NCBI RefSeq assembly: GCF_017876815.1
Contig: NZ_JAGIOS010000003.1
Location: 240,001 to 272,000 of the forward strand
DNA length: 32,000 nucleotides
Origin: Sinorhizobium meliloti
GTDB taxonomy: Bacteria > Pseudomonadota > Alphaproteobacteria > Rhizobiales > Rhizobiaceae
Direction of reading: 5' to 3'
Part shown: piece by piece, positions 1 through 8,705 of the stretch
How positions within the stretch are numbered: the first letter of the stretch is position 1
Layout: every line of letters begins with the position of its first letter
Made by a program: the position numbers and the translations under genes
The notes under the pieces: model-generated
What the model saw: only the letters and a program-made list of their open reading frames with translations
Told to the model about the DNA's origin: nothing
The model's database searches: none

Positions 1-492
1 GGCAAGGACGAACTGGCAAAAGGCTATCTCCTCAAGCTGCGCCTGTCGAATGGTGAGCCTTACCAGCAGTCAGGGAAGCTCGAATTCTTCGGAAACGAGA
101 TCGACGTGCAGACCGGCACGCTTCCGATCCGAGCTCTATTCGCCAATCCGCAATCGCTCCTCATGCCGGGGCAGTTCGTCACGGTGATTGTCGAGCCGGC
201 GGAGCGGGAGGAACGTCCGGTGGTGCCGGTCGGGTCCGTGGAGCAGGACCGCGAGGGCCGCTTCGTGCTCGTCGTCGACGGCGAGAGCCGTGCCACCGTG
301 CGACGCATTCGCGTTTCCGTGCAGGTCGGGCAGAATTGGGTGGTCGAGGAGGGCCTGCAGGGCGGTGAGAAACTGATCGTCGAGGGCCTCCAACGCGTCT
401 CCCCTGGAGCAGTCGTCGAGGCGCAGAGCGTATCGGCCGGCGACGCCGCAACGGATACTACCGCACCGGCGCCAGGATCGTCGAGCCAATGA
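1..492 (+). CDS. RND efflux periplasmic adaptor (membrane fusion protein), C-terminal part; the 5' end lies outside the window
   Basis: Frame 1 is open from base 1 ([60 protein letters not shown]...). This matches the C-terminal barrel region of AcrA/MexA-type adaptors. The stop overlaps the next start (ATGA at 489-492). Confidence 0.85.
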   Translation, partial: GKDELAKGYLLKLRLSNGEPYQQSGKLEFFGNEIDVQTGTLPIRALFANPQSLLMPGQFVTVIVEPAEREERPVVPVGSVEQDREGRFVLVVDGESRATVRRIRVSVQVGQNWVVEEGLQGGEKLIVEGLQRVSPGAVVEAQSVSAGDAATDTTAPAPGSSSQ

Positions 493-3400
493 ACCTGTCG
501 GCGTACTTTATCGACCGCCCGCGACTTGCCACCGTTATCGCCGTCGTGATGGCGATCGCCGGTGCGCTCGCACTCTTCCAGATTCCGATTGCGCAGTTCC
601 CGCAGATCACGCCGCCCGAGGTGCAGGTCACCGCCAGTTATCCAGGGGCCAATGCGAGCGTCTTGGAGGAGAGCGTCGGAGCCCCGATCGAGAACCAGGT
701 TAACGGTGTCGAGGACATGCTTTACATGTCGTCCTCAAGCACCAACAACGGGACCTACTCGTTGACTGTGACCTTCGCCGTCGGTACCGATCCGGCACTG
801 GCGCAAGTTAACGTGCAGAACCGTGTCGCGCTCGCGACGCCCCGGCTTCCCGCTTCCGTGACCCAGACGGGGGTCTCAGTGAGAGCGCGCTCGTCCAGCA
901 TGTTGATGGGCGTTGCGATCTATTCCCCCGAGGGAACGCGCGACGAGATTTTCATCAGCAACTATGCCGCCAACAATATCCGTGATGCGATCGCCCGCGT
1001 GTCAGGCGTCGGGGAGGCCGGTATCTTTGGTCCGTCCTACAGCATGCGTATCTGGATGAACCCGGACCGAATGCAGGCCTTAGGCCTGACTGCCGCGGAT
1101 CTGACGAGCGCCATCCAGGCCCAGAATGCGCAGGCCTCGGCCGGCCAATTGGGGTCTCCGCCTGCAACATCGGGCCAACAGTTGCAGCTCACAATCATGG
1201 CCCAGGGGCGTCTCGCGACCGAGGAGGACTTTTCGAATATCATCGTTCGCACCAATACGGAAGGTGCCTTAGTCCGCCTCCGCGATGTCGCGCGCGTGGA
1301 ACTCGGCGCGCAATCCTACGACACGGCGTCAACTTTCAACGGTCAACCGAGCGCGACGGTCGTCGTTTACCAGAGCGCCGACGCCAATGCGCTTGCCGTG
1401 TCGCGGGCAGTGCTCTCCGAACTCGATCGGCTTTCGCGGCAGTTTCCCGAGGACGTGGCCTATGCGATCGTCTTCGACACAACAGCCTTCATCACCGAAA
1501 CGATCAAGGAGATCGCTATCACGCTTGCGATCACCTTTGCGCTGGTGGTCGCCGTCACTTACTTCTTCTTGCAAGACTGGCGGGCGACGGTCATACCGAC
1601 ACTGACGATCCCGGTGTCCCTGATTGGCGGGTTTGCCGTCCTTTATCTGCTAGACTACTCGGCCAATACCATTACGCTCTTCGCCGTCATCCTCGCCATC
1701 AGCCTAGTCGTCGACGACGCGATCATCGTCGTCGAGAACGTAAAGCGCTTGATGGCCGAAGAGCGACTGAATGTGCACGACGCGACCCGCCGTACGATGA
1801 GCCAAGTCACGGGTCCGATCGTGGCGACCACTCTGGTCCTTGCAGCCCTCTTCGTGCCGATCGCATTCGTGGCCGGGATTACCGGGCAGCTCTACCGTCA
1901 ATTCGCCGTGACGATCCTGATCACGATTACCTTCTCGACCATCAATGCACTGACGCTCAGCCCGGCCCTGTGTGTCCTCATGCTCAGGCCACCGCGCGAG
2001 CAGCGGTCCCGAATTTTTGGGACATTCAACCGGGGCCTCGACTTCTCGCGCAACTGGTACCTCGCGATGCTCGACCGCATGTCCCGGCGGCTCTGGATTG
2101 CTTCTGTAATTCTTCTGGCGATCCTTGGCGGGGTCTATGGATTGTTCCGCGCGCTTCCGACCGGATTCGTGCCGAGCGAGGATCAGGGATACCTTTTTAT
2201 CAATGTGCAATTGCCCAATGCCGCTTCGCTCGAGCGGACACAGCAGGCGCTGGATACCGTTTCCAGGATCTTGCAACGGACACCAGGGGTTGCGAATTCT
2301 GTCGGCATTGCCGGTAATAGCATGGTGGGCGGCGGCGGCTCGAACGCCGGAATGGTGATCACAGCGCTGAAACCCTGGGGCGAACGCAGGAGCGCTGAGG
2401 AAAGCATCGACGCGATCATGAATCGTCTCCGCGCCGAGTTTGGCCGGATACCCACCGCCTCCGTCGTGCCGTTCAACCCACCGGCCATACCGGGTCTTGG
2501 TACGACCGGCGGCTTCGACCTCAGGCTTCAGGCGCGCAGCGGCCAGAGCCAGCAGGAAATTGCCGAAGTCATGCGCGGCCTGATCGTCAAGGCTAACCAG
2601 ACACCAGGACTTGCCAGCGTCTTCAGCACCTTCTCGGCCGACGTCCCACAGGTCTTTCTCAATGTCGACCGCCGCCGGGCCGAGCTCTTCGGGGTTTCAA
2701 CCGCGACGATCTTCAACGCCATGCAATCCCACCTCGGCTCGTCCTATGTCGATGATTTCAACATCTTCTCGCGCGTGTACCAGGTGCGGATCCAGGATGA
2801 GCCACAGTTCCGCAGCCGCATCGAGGACATTCAGCGCCTGCGGGTGCGCAGCCGGAACGGAGAGCTCGTGCCGCTCCAATCACTGCTTTCCATCTCCACC
2901 AGTTACGGGCCGACTGCGATCAATCGCTACAACCTGTTCCCTTCGGCCTCGATCAACGGCCAGGCCGCGACGGGAACGAGTACCGGCCAGGCCCTCGCCA
3001 CCATGGCGTCGCTCGCGGAGCAAAATCTCCCCGAAGGCTTCGGATTCGAGTGGACGGGACTGGCGCTGCAGGAAGAGCAGGCCGGAAACCAGACCGCCCT
3101 CATTCTCCTCATGGGCCTCATCTTCACCTATCTCTTTCTCGTCGGGCAATACGAAAGCTGGAGTGTTCCACTCGCTGTGATGCTGTCGGTCGCTGTCGCC
3201 GTGCTCGGCGCTCTCGTGGGTCTGATGCTCGCCTCGATCGACATCAACATATACGCCCAAATCGGTCTGGTTCTACTGATCGGACTCGCCGCGAAGAACG
3301 CGATCCTCATCGTCGAGTTCGCCAAGGAACGGCGCGATAAAGGGATGGCGACACCTGAAGCCGCAGCGGCGGGGACAGCCCAACGTTTTCGCCCCGTACT

Positions 3401-3623
3401 CATGACCGCAATGGCATCCATCCTCGGCGTCATCCCCCTCGTGATCGCCACCGGGGCAGGGGCCGGCAGCCGCCGCGCCATTGGCATGACCGTGTTCGGC
3501 GGACTGCTCGTCGGTACCGTCGTCGGGCTTCTCTTGATCCCCGTGTTCTATGTGCTGGTTCAGACCGTACGGGAGCAGGCCAAGGAACGATTTTTCCGCA
3601 CCCGCGCAGGACGCAAGGCGTAA
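489..3623 (+). CDS. RND (HAE1 family) multidrug efflux permease, AcrB/MexB-like
   Basis: 1044-aa ORF. The N-terminus [25 protein letters not shown] and the motifs [12 protein letters not shown] and [12 protein letters not shown] are typical of AcrB-family pumps. It is translationally coupled to the upstream adaptor. Confidence 0.95.
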   Translation: MNLSAYFIDRPRLATVIAVVMAIAGALALFQIPIAQFPQITPPEVQVTASYPGANASVLEESVGAPIENQVNGVEDMLYMSSSSTNNGTYSLTVTFAVGTDPALAQVNVQNRVALATPRLPASVTQTGVSVRARSSSMLMGVAIYSPEGTRDEIFISNYAANNIRDAIARVSGVGEAGIFGPSYSMRIWMNPDRMQALGLTAADLTSAIQAQNAQASAGQLGSPPATSGQQLQLTIMAQGRLATEEDFSNIIVRTNTEGALVRLRDVARVELGAQSYDTASTFNGQPSATVVVYQSADANALAVSRAVLSELDRLSRQFPEDVAYAIVFDTTAFITETIKEIAITLAITFALVVAVTYFFLQDWRATVIPTLTIPVSLIGGFAVLYLLDYSANTITLFAVILAISLVVDDAIIVVENVKRLMAEERLNVHDATRRTMSQVTGPIVATTLVLAALFVPIAFVAGITGQLYRQFAVTILITITFSTINALTLSPALCVLMLRPPREQRSRIFGTFNRGLDFSRNWYLAMLDRMSRRLWIASVILLAILGGVYGLFRALPTGFVPSEDQGYLFINVQLPNAASLERTQQALDTVSRILQRTPGVANSVGIAGNSMVGGGGSNAGMVITALKPWGERRSAEESIDAIMNRLRAEFGRIPTASVVPFNPPAIPGLGTTGGFDLRLQARSGQSQQEIAEVMRGLIVKANQTPGLASVFSTFSADVPQVFLNVDRRRAELFGVSTATIFNAMQSHLGSSYVDDFNIFSRVYQVRIQDEPQFRSRIEDIQRLRVRSRNGELVPLQSLLSISTSYGPTAINRYNLFPSASINGQAATGTSTGQALATMASLAEQNLPEGFGFEWTGLALQEEQAGNQTALILLMGLIFTYLFLVGQYESWSVPLAVMLSVAVAVLGALVGLMLASIDINIYAQIGLVLLIGLAAKNAILIVEFAKERRDKGMATPEAAAAGTAQRFRPVLMTAMASILGVIPLVIATGAGAGSRRAIGMTVFGGLLVGTVVGLLLIPVFYVLVQTVREQAKERFFRTRAGRKA

Positions 3624-3649
3624 CCCAGCAGGTGCAATCGACCCGACGC

Positions 3650-3684
3650 CCAGCGGGAGCATTGCCTACAGCTTGCTCCGCTGG
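3650..3684 (+). terminator. Candidate stem-loop downstream of the RND gene
   Basis: CCAGCGGGAGCA (3650-3661) pairs with TGCTCCGCTGG (3674-3684) with one bulged G and a 12-nt loop, 27 nt after the stop. There is no clear T-run, so terminator function is uncertain. Confidence 0.25.
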
Positions 3685-3729
3685 ATCGAGGAGGGCGATC
3701 GATCGCAGGGAAGTTCGTTCCGTGGTTTC

Positions 3730-3770
3730 CGTTCTGTGCTCAAGAAGTCGCATAATGTATCGAGCGGAAC
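3730..3770. repeat. Copy A of a 41-nt coding-like paralogous segment, upstream of the GNAT gene
   Basis: 28 of 41 positions match 4915-4955 by eye, including an 11-nt exact core CGTTCTGTGCT. All five isolated mismatches fall on one codon phase. Possible frames are + (RSVLKKSHNVSSGT) or - (VPLDTLCDFLSTER). Confidence 0.4.
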
Positions 3771-4059
3771 CTTCGCCGCTGACGAGATCGAAGAAGTCCT
3801 TGCCTTGTCGGCTACGGCCATTTGTTCTGACCTGTAATGGTACCACCACCTAAAGGCGTTCACTCCCAAGCGGGTCGACGCCAGCTGCATCTGAGGCAAT
3901 ATCTTTGAATGGATGTTTCCGAAGGCCAGAATGGGCCGAAGCGAATCCGGACAGCTGAGCCGGCAGCAACCGGTATCGCTCCCACGCCGTCCGGGTTAGG
4001 ATGCGTAGCTGAGAACGGGCGCGGGCGCCTCGTCGGACCACCTACGTCAGGAGGTTAGT

Positions 4060-4644
4060 GTGAAATCGCCAACAGTGAAAGTTATGGCCGCCGCCGAGGA
4101 AGATCTGGCAGTCGAAACGGTCATGCTGGCGTTTGCAGCGGATCCTATGGCGCGATGGACCTGGCCGCATGCCCACCAGTACCTTGCGGCCATGCCGCGA
4201 ATGATCCGGGCGTTCGGGAGCAGCGCATTCTCTAACGGAAGCGCCTTTTGCACTGACGACTACGCCGGGACGGCGCTGTGGCTATCGCCCGGAGTGCATT
4301 CCGACGAGGAAGGGCTTGGTGCGGTGCTCGAGAGCACGGTTGCGCGCTCTCTTGCCCCCGAAACCGCGGCCATATTCGAGCAGATGGCCGCGTACCACCC
4401 GACCGAACTACATTGGTACCTGCCCCTGATCGGCGTCGACCCGGCGCATCAAGGCAAAGGTCACGGCGACGCCTTGATGGCGTACGCACTCGCGCGGTGC
4501 GATCGCGATCACGCGCCAGCCTATTTGGAGTCCTCGAACCCGCGCAACATTCCGTTTTACCGACGCTACGGCTTCGAACCGCTCGGCGCGATCCAGTTCG
4601 GTTCGTCCCCGACGCTCGTGCCGATGCTACGTCGGACGCGTTGA
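4060..4644 (+). CDS. GNAT family N-acetyltransferase
   Basis: AGGAGG at 4049-4054 is followed by GTG at 4060. The acetyl-CoA binding region is IGVDPAHQGKGHGDALM and the C-terminal motif is NIPFYRRYGFEPLG. Confidence 0.85.
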   Translation: MKSPTVKVMAAAEEDLAVETVMLAFAADPMARWTWPHAHQYLAAMPRMIRAFGSSAFSNGSAFCTDDYAGTALWLSPGVHSDEEGLGAVLESTVARSLAPETAAIFEQMAAYHPTELHWYLPLIGVDPAHQGKGHGDALMAYALARCDRDHAPAYLESSNPRNIPFYRRYGFEPLGAIQFGSSPTLVPMLRRTR

Positions 4645-4914
4645 GCTTCAGTTCGATCAGATTGATTGTGGCATACGGGCGCCGAGCGCGCGGCACAGCC
4701 GCGAAACGAAGATGGAGCGGACCGGCGAGAACGTTTGGCGGCGGGCGCCTAGTTCGGGGTATAGGGATGTCCGCTTCTAGAAGTCGGACGATTTAGCTAT
4801 TACGACCGGCGGGGGGCGCAAAGCGGCCACCATGACTCTGCCCTTTAGACTCTGCATGGTAGAAGAAAGCCGTTCTTCACCAGTCCTGTGCACGGCTTAT
4901 CGCGAGGATGTTGG

Positions 4915-4955
4915 CGTTCTGTGCTAGTACGATCGCACAACGTATCCTCGGGAAC
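4915..4955. repeat. Copy B of the 41-nt coding-like paralogous segment, downstream of the GNAT gene
   Basis: Same orientation as copy A. Possible frames are + (RSVLVRSHNVSSGT, followed by NVIFVEAKTRT...ADFWIRL) or - (VPEDTLCDRTSTER). Confidence 0.4.
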
Positions 4956-5379
4956 GAACAAGGGGCTTAGAGGGACAGGAACAGGAAACGTCATCTTCGT
5001 CGAGGCGAAGACGCGAACGCTTGTGAGTTTGCGTCTATCTCTACAGCGGGGAAATTGCGTGTTTGCCGATTTCTGGATCAGATTGGGTTCAGATCGAGGC
5101 TCCGGCTGATCATTGTGCTGCCGCAACAGGTGTCACGAGCGAGCGGTCGAGCGATAGCCTCGCCGCACCCCCCGGCAATCACGCCATCGCCGCCCAGGTC
5201 AGCTGGATCGAGGTTCCGGTTTCGCCGCTCCAGGTGACACGCTTATAGGACCATGGTCCGATAATGAAAAAGGCAAAGGTCCTACACCCATTGCGGGAGC
5301 TCACTGCCGAAGCACATACTCACTGCCCGAGGACACGGCGGCGATTCATCACTCAACAGATCTTTCGGAGCTTCCCACT

Positions 5380-5664
5380 ATGTCAGCTAGCAAACGATGG
5401 AGAGATCGAGCAGCCACGTTCGTTTGGCGCATGGCAACAAGCCCCTTCTCGATCGGCGTCTACATCGCAATCGCAATATGGATCTCGTTTCTTGTGAACG
5501 CAGAAACAGGTATTCCGGCTTATCTGCTGATGGCTGCCCAGTTTTTGCTCGTAATATTTGTCGACCTCCCAAAAAGGGTCGCACAGTACAGAGACCGGCG
5601 ATATGGCCGGCCAGCACGTTCGCCGAACTCTCGCACAGTGGCTCGCGTCAAGCAGCACCGGTAG
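5380..5664 (+). CDS. Hypothetical small membrane protein (94 aa, two predicted TM segments)
   Basis: ATG follows GGAG at 5367-5370. Hydrophobic stretches are FSIGVYIAIAIWISFLV and IPAYLLMAAQFLLVIFV. I recognise no family. Confidence 0.3.
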   Translation: MSASKRWRDRAATFVWRMATSPFSIGVYIAIAIWISFLVNAETGIPAYLLMAAQFLLVIFVDLPKRVAQYRDRRYGRPARSPNSRTVARVKQHR

Positions 5665-5916
5665 CCGCCCCGGGGTCTTCACCGTGCGCGACGTCTCTTG
5701 CCTGCAGCCGTTCGGCTTCTATCCTTCCTTGATGTTGAGGGAGAAAAGCATGGCAGATGGTCAGAAGAAGAGAGTCAAGACAAAGATCCGATATCTACTG
5801 ATGTGCAAACATTCAAAACCAGCGGAAATGCCGCGGCGCAGAAGCGAAAGGATGCCCAAGAAGCACTCCGACGAGCAAATCCTGCTCAGGCGAGGGCCCA
5901 TCGCCACCGTTCCACC

Positions 5917-6050
5917 AATTCGAAAATGGTCTATTCCCCACGAGCCGGGGGTACGGTCAGGTTGGTTCCGCAAAACTCGCCGGCAACCTCGATCCGCAAA
6001 GCCATTATGCGATCTGGGCGATCCAGGAGCTCAGTTTCGAGCCCCTTGAG
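5917..6050 (+). pseudogene. N-terminal fragment of a family-5 ABC substrate-binding protein, paralogous to the gene at 8706
   Basis: 5980-6047 matches 8842-8909 at about 62 of 68 positions by eye. Upstream, NSKMVYSPRAGGTVRLV resembles LSKIVYAQGAAGTLRVA of the intact SBP but in a different frame. There is no start codon and no continuation. Confidence 0.6.
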
Positions 6051-6065
6051 AAATCAAGTGCTGGC

Positions 6066-6764
6066 TCAGCTCGACCGGAGAATGTCTGCGAGCCCCTCCT
6101 GCTTGGTCGCTGCGAGGCCTCCGTCGAGCCCCGACAGGACATCCTCCAGGTGACTTTTCATCAGCTCGGCGGATTGAACGGCGTTGCCCTCTGCAATCGC
6201 CTCGACCAGAGCCGCATGAGCATGGCTTTCGCAGGTCGTTTCGCGCTTCTTCCAGTAAAGCGCGACCACGAGGGAAGAGCTGGAGACGAGTTCGCGAACG
6301 AAATTCGTTAGCACCGTATGATTGGCAATCTCGGCGATTTCTATATGGAATTGCGCGGATGCTGCAATAGCGTCGCTTGTGCCGCCGGAGGCGACGGCCT
6401 CGTGCTCTGCCTGCATGTGCGTGCGCAGCTTCGCGATGTCCGACTTCTTTGCGACCCCTGCGGCGATCGCCGCAATCTTGGGTTCAATCAATAGCCGTGC
6501 TTCAAAGACCTCTCGTGCCTCCTGTTTCGTCGGGCTCGAAATGAAGGTGCCACGATTTGGCTGGAGTTGCGCGAGCCGATCGTGTGTCAGCGCCTGTAGC
6601 GCCGATCGAATAACCGTCCGGCTGACATCATAGATCGACGCCAATTCGTCCTCAGGCAATTTCGTCCCGGGTGCCAGCCGATGACTGACGATCGCATCGC
6701 GCAGCGCGACATAGATCGGCCACCAACTGGTCTGCTTCTCCGTAAATCGGTCGTCTTTAAACAT
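6066..6764 (-). CDS. GntR family transcriptional regulator (FadR/FCD-type C-terminal domain)
   Basis: The winged-HTH segment is LPEDELASIYDVSRTVIRSALQALTHDRLAQLQPNRGTFI. It is followed by a helical C-terminal domain of about 150 aa. Confidence 0.9.
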   Translation of the reverse strand: MFKDDRFTEKQTSWWPIYVALRDAIVSHRLAPGTKLPEDELASIYDVSRTVIRSALQALTHDRLAQLQPNRGTFISSPTKQEAREVFEARLLIEPKIAAIAAGVAKKSDIAKLRTHMQAEHEAVASGGTSDAIAASAQFHIEIAEIANHTVLTNFVRELVSSSSLVVALYWKKRETTCESHAHAALVEAIAEGNAVQSAELMKSHLEDVLSGLDGGLAATKQEGLADILRSS

Positions 6765-6926
6765 GGGGTGTCTCGAACACGCTAAACCCGCGATTTATTA
6801 CCCTAGTCCTTTTTTGTCTAGCCGGTGTAGGCAACTCCAAGAAAAGTACAACCAACATTTGTTGCGAGTGCTCGGTCTGGCAGTCGAAGCGCCGCTTTCA
6901 AATGGGCGCTTCGGTACGCCGTAGCG

Positions 6927-7652
6927 TCAAGGCTGTTCGACCGTTTCATCAAGTTTCTGGCCATCAGCCGCCGAGGCGATACGGATTGTTGATCCACCCT
7001 TCGCCTCGTGTACCGGCCCGCCGTAGCCGGCAGCGTTGTCGTGGTGAGCGAACTCGTCCGGCTTGGTCAACACAAACTGATTGTCGGCTACGATGTAGTT
7101 GTTGGCATGTAGGCGGGCAATTGGCTGGTAGACGTCGGGAAGGACATAGCGTCCACTTGCGTCGAGGCATTCATCGCGGACATACATCTGTAAGACTTCG
7201 CCAATGACGATCGAGCGCCGTCCGTAATTGAGGATCTGCGACACGCGGCATTCCATGGCACAGGGTGATTCCTGGATACGCGGCGGTGCGACCTTGACGG
7301 AAGACACGCTCGTCAGCCCGGAAACCTGGATTTCATCGACGTCACTGGGGAAGTTGATGCCGGTGATGATCATCTCCTTGGCAATCGCCATATCCACCAT
7401 GTGAACGACGAATTCGCCCGACCGACGGATATTCGCGACCGTGTCCTTCGAGTTGCCGTCGGGGCGGGTTTGCATGCCAAGGATCAACAGTGGCGGATCG
7501 TGCGAGAACACGTTGAAGAAACTCATAGGCGCTGCGTTTTTGCAGCCCTGTTCGTCAATGGTGGTGACAAGTGCGATCGGTCGCGGTCCGACAAAGGCGC
7601 AAAGCAGGCGGTAGCGGTCTTTTTCTGGCAGTTCGGCAAAATCGAATTCCAT
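6927..7652 (-). CDS. Flavin reductase family protein (FMN-binding split-barrel)
   Basis: The N-terminus YRLLCAFVGPRPIALVTTIDEQGCKNAAPMSFFNVFSHDPPLLILG is typical of flavin reductase-like domain proteins. The start lies 2 nt after the racemase stop. Confidence 0.8.
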   Translation of the reverse strand: MEFDFAELPEKDRYRLLCAFVGPRPIALVTTIDEQGCKNAAPMSFFNVFSHDPPLLILGMQTRPDGNSKDTVANIRRSGEFVVHMVDMAIAKEMIITGINFPSDVDEIQVSGLTSVSSVKVAPPRIQESPCAMECRVSQILNYGRRSIVIGEVLQMYVRDECLDASGRYVLPDVYQPIARLHANNYIVADNQFVLTKPDEFAHHDNAAGYGGPVHEAKGGSTIRIASAADGQKLDETVEQP

Positions 7653-7654
7653 GA

Positions 7655-8440
7655 TTAGCTACCTATCGCTGTTGCGAGCGCCGAGGGCTCATCATTGTTG
7701 CGCAGCTTGAGACTGGCCGGGGCGTATTCCGCCAGCTTACCGGCGTAGGCTTTCGGTAACGGATAGGCCAGGTCCCCGACCTTCGACGTGCGCAAGCCCA
7801 TACCCACAATCCCCTCGGCGAACTTCACCGCGGCGGCAACGCCGTCGATGACGGGCACCCCCAGCCGGTGCTGTAAGCGCTCCACGAGGTTCGACATGCC
7901 GGCGCAACCGAATACGATCGCTTGTGCGCGATCCTCAATGAGTGCCTTCTCACATTCCGCCAATATCGCAGCATCCGCTGTTGAATTAGGCTTTTCAAGT
8001 TCGAGTACGGGTACATCTGTGGCTCGCACGCTCCGGCAGTGGTTCTGCATGCCATAGCTGCGGACGAGGCGCTCGGAGATGATCCGAGTACGCTCAAGAG
8101 TCGTGATGATCAAAAAACTGGTCGCCACGAATGTCGCCGCATGCATGGCGGATTCGGCGACGCCGAGGACAGGTGAGGCGGTGATTTCGCGTGCGGCGAG
8201 CAGGCCGGGATCGCCGAAGCAGCCGATGATGTAGGCGTCCGCTGGCTTGCCTCGAGCGATCTCATCGATCACGCCCAAGATGCTTAAAGCCTCATCGTAG
8301 TGGCCTTCGATCGAGGCGGCGCCGGAGCGGGACGTTGCCAGGACAATGTCGCTTCCAGCAGCAGCAACCGTCCGAGCGGTGTCACCCATGAGCTCCGTCA
8401 TGGCTGAGGTAGTATTCGGATTTATCAGTTTGATCAGCAT
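7655..8440 (-). CDS. Asp/Glu/hydantoin racemase family protein (HyuE-like)
   Basis: MLIKLINPNTTSAMT, the two catalytic-Cys contexts GCFGDPGL and FGCAGMS, and GVPVIDGV match the hydantoin racemase pattern. Confidence 0.88.
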   Translation of the reverse strand: MLIKLINPNTTSAMTELMGDTARTVAAAGSDIVLATSRSGAASIEGHYDEALSILGVIDEIARGKPADAYIIGCFGDPGLLAAREITASPVLGVAESAMHAATFVATSFLIITTLERTRIISERLVRSYGMQNHCRSVRATDVPVLELEKPNSTADAAILAECEKALIEDRAQAIVFGCAGMSNLVERLQHRLGVPVIDGVAAAVKFAEGIVGMGLRTSKVGDLAYPLPKAYAGKLAEYAPASLKLRNNDEPSALATAIGS

Positions 8441-8610
8441 TCGGTCCCTCCCTCGTTGTAGATAAATTATGGATCTTGTTCAAAGCGAATGAGCATCAGG
8501 TCCCCAGGGTTCGCGCGTTCAGCGCTGCCCATCCTCCTCCCGATGTCCCGCGAGTCGATGGATTGTAAGCAGAAATGCCAACAATCTAAAATACGATGTT
8601 GACGAAGGAT

Positions 8611-8643
8611 TGTATACATGAGAAAGTCCAGTTGTCTATACAA
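8611..8643. promoter_or_regulatory. Two GntR-type (GT-N-AC) palindromic boxes in the divergent racemase/ABC intergenic region
   Basis: TGTATACA (8611-8618) is a perfect palindrome. TTGTCTATACAA (8632-8643) has TTGT/ACAA arms. Both fit the generic GntR-family operator shape NyGT-Nx-ACNy. Binding is untested. Confidence 0.3.
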
Positions 8644-8705
8644 AACCGGTGTGGAGGCCGAATGTATCGACGGCGCGAGGAGCGCCAAACCGGAGGAGAA
8701 AACTC

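Noticed and set aside
955-3487. Many 60-190-aa ORFs in alternative frames or antisense within the RND gene. The same applies inside the ABC, MFS, OYE and KefB genes, for example 1704-2276(-), 2611-3180(+), 9180-9926(-), 17279-17818(+) and 27568-28233(-).
   Set aside because: These are typical high-GC shadow ORFs with Arg/Pro/Gly/Ala-rich composition and no recognisable domains. They are fully embedded in well-supported genes.
4060-4644. The GNAT gene as the toxin of a GNAT-RHH (TacT/AtaT-like) toxin-antitoxin pair.
   Set aside because: No small RHH/DUF1778 antitoxin ORF lies immediately upstream on the same strand. The protein looks like an ordinary GNAT of about 190 aa.
4011-4757. Shared GCGGGCGCCT 10-mer with similar flanks at 4021 and 4741, just before and after the GNAT gene, as possible target-site or terminal repeats.
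   Set aside because: Exact 10-mers are expected to recur by chance hundreds of times in 32 kb of GC-rich DNA, and similarity does not extend convincingly beyond about 25 nt.
8649-8705. Upstream extensions of ORF-track models: the SBP at 8649, permeases at 10087 and 10671, the ATPase at 13026, LysR genes at 22041 and 27511, the repressor at 17815 and DUF924 at 23896.
   Set aside because: The extensions overlap the preceding gene or lack an SD sequence. Internal starts have good SD sequences and give canonical N-termini (Tat signal, HTH and so on).
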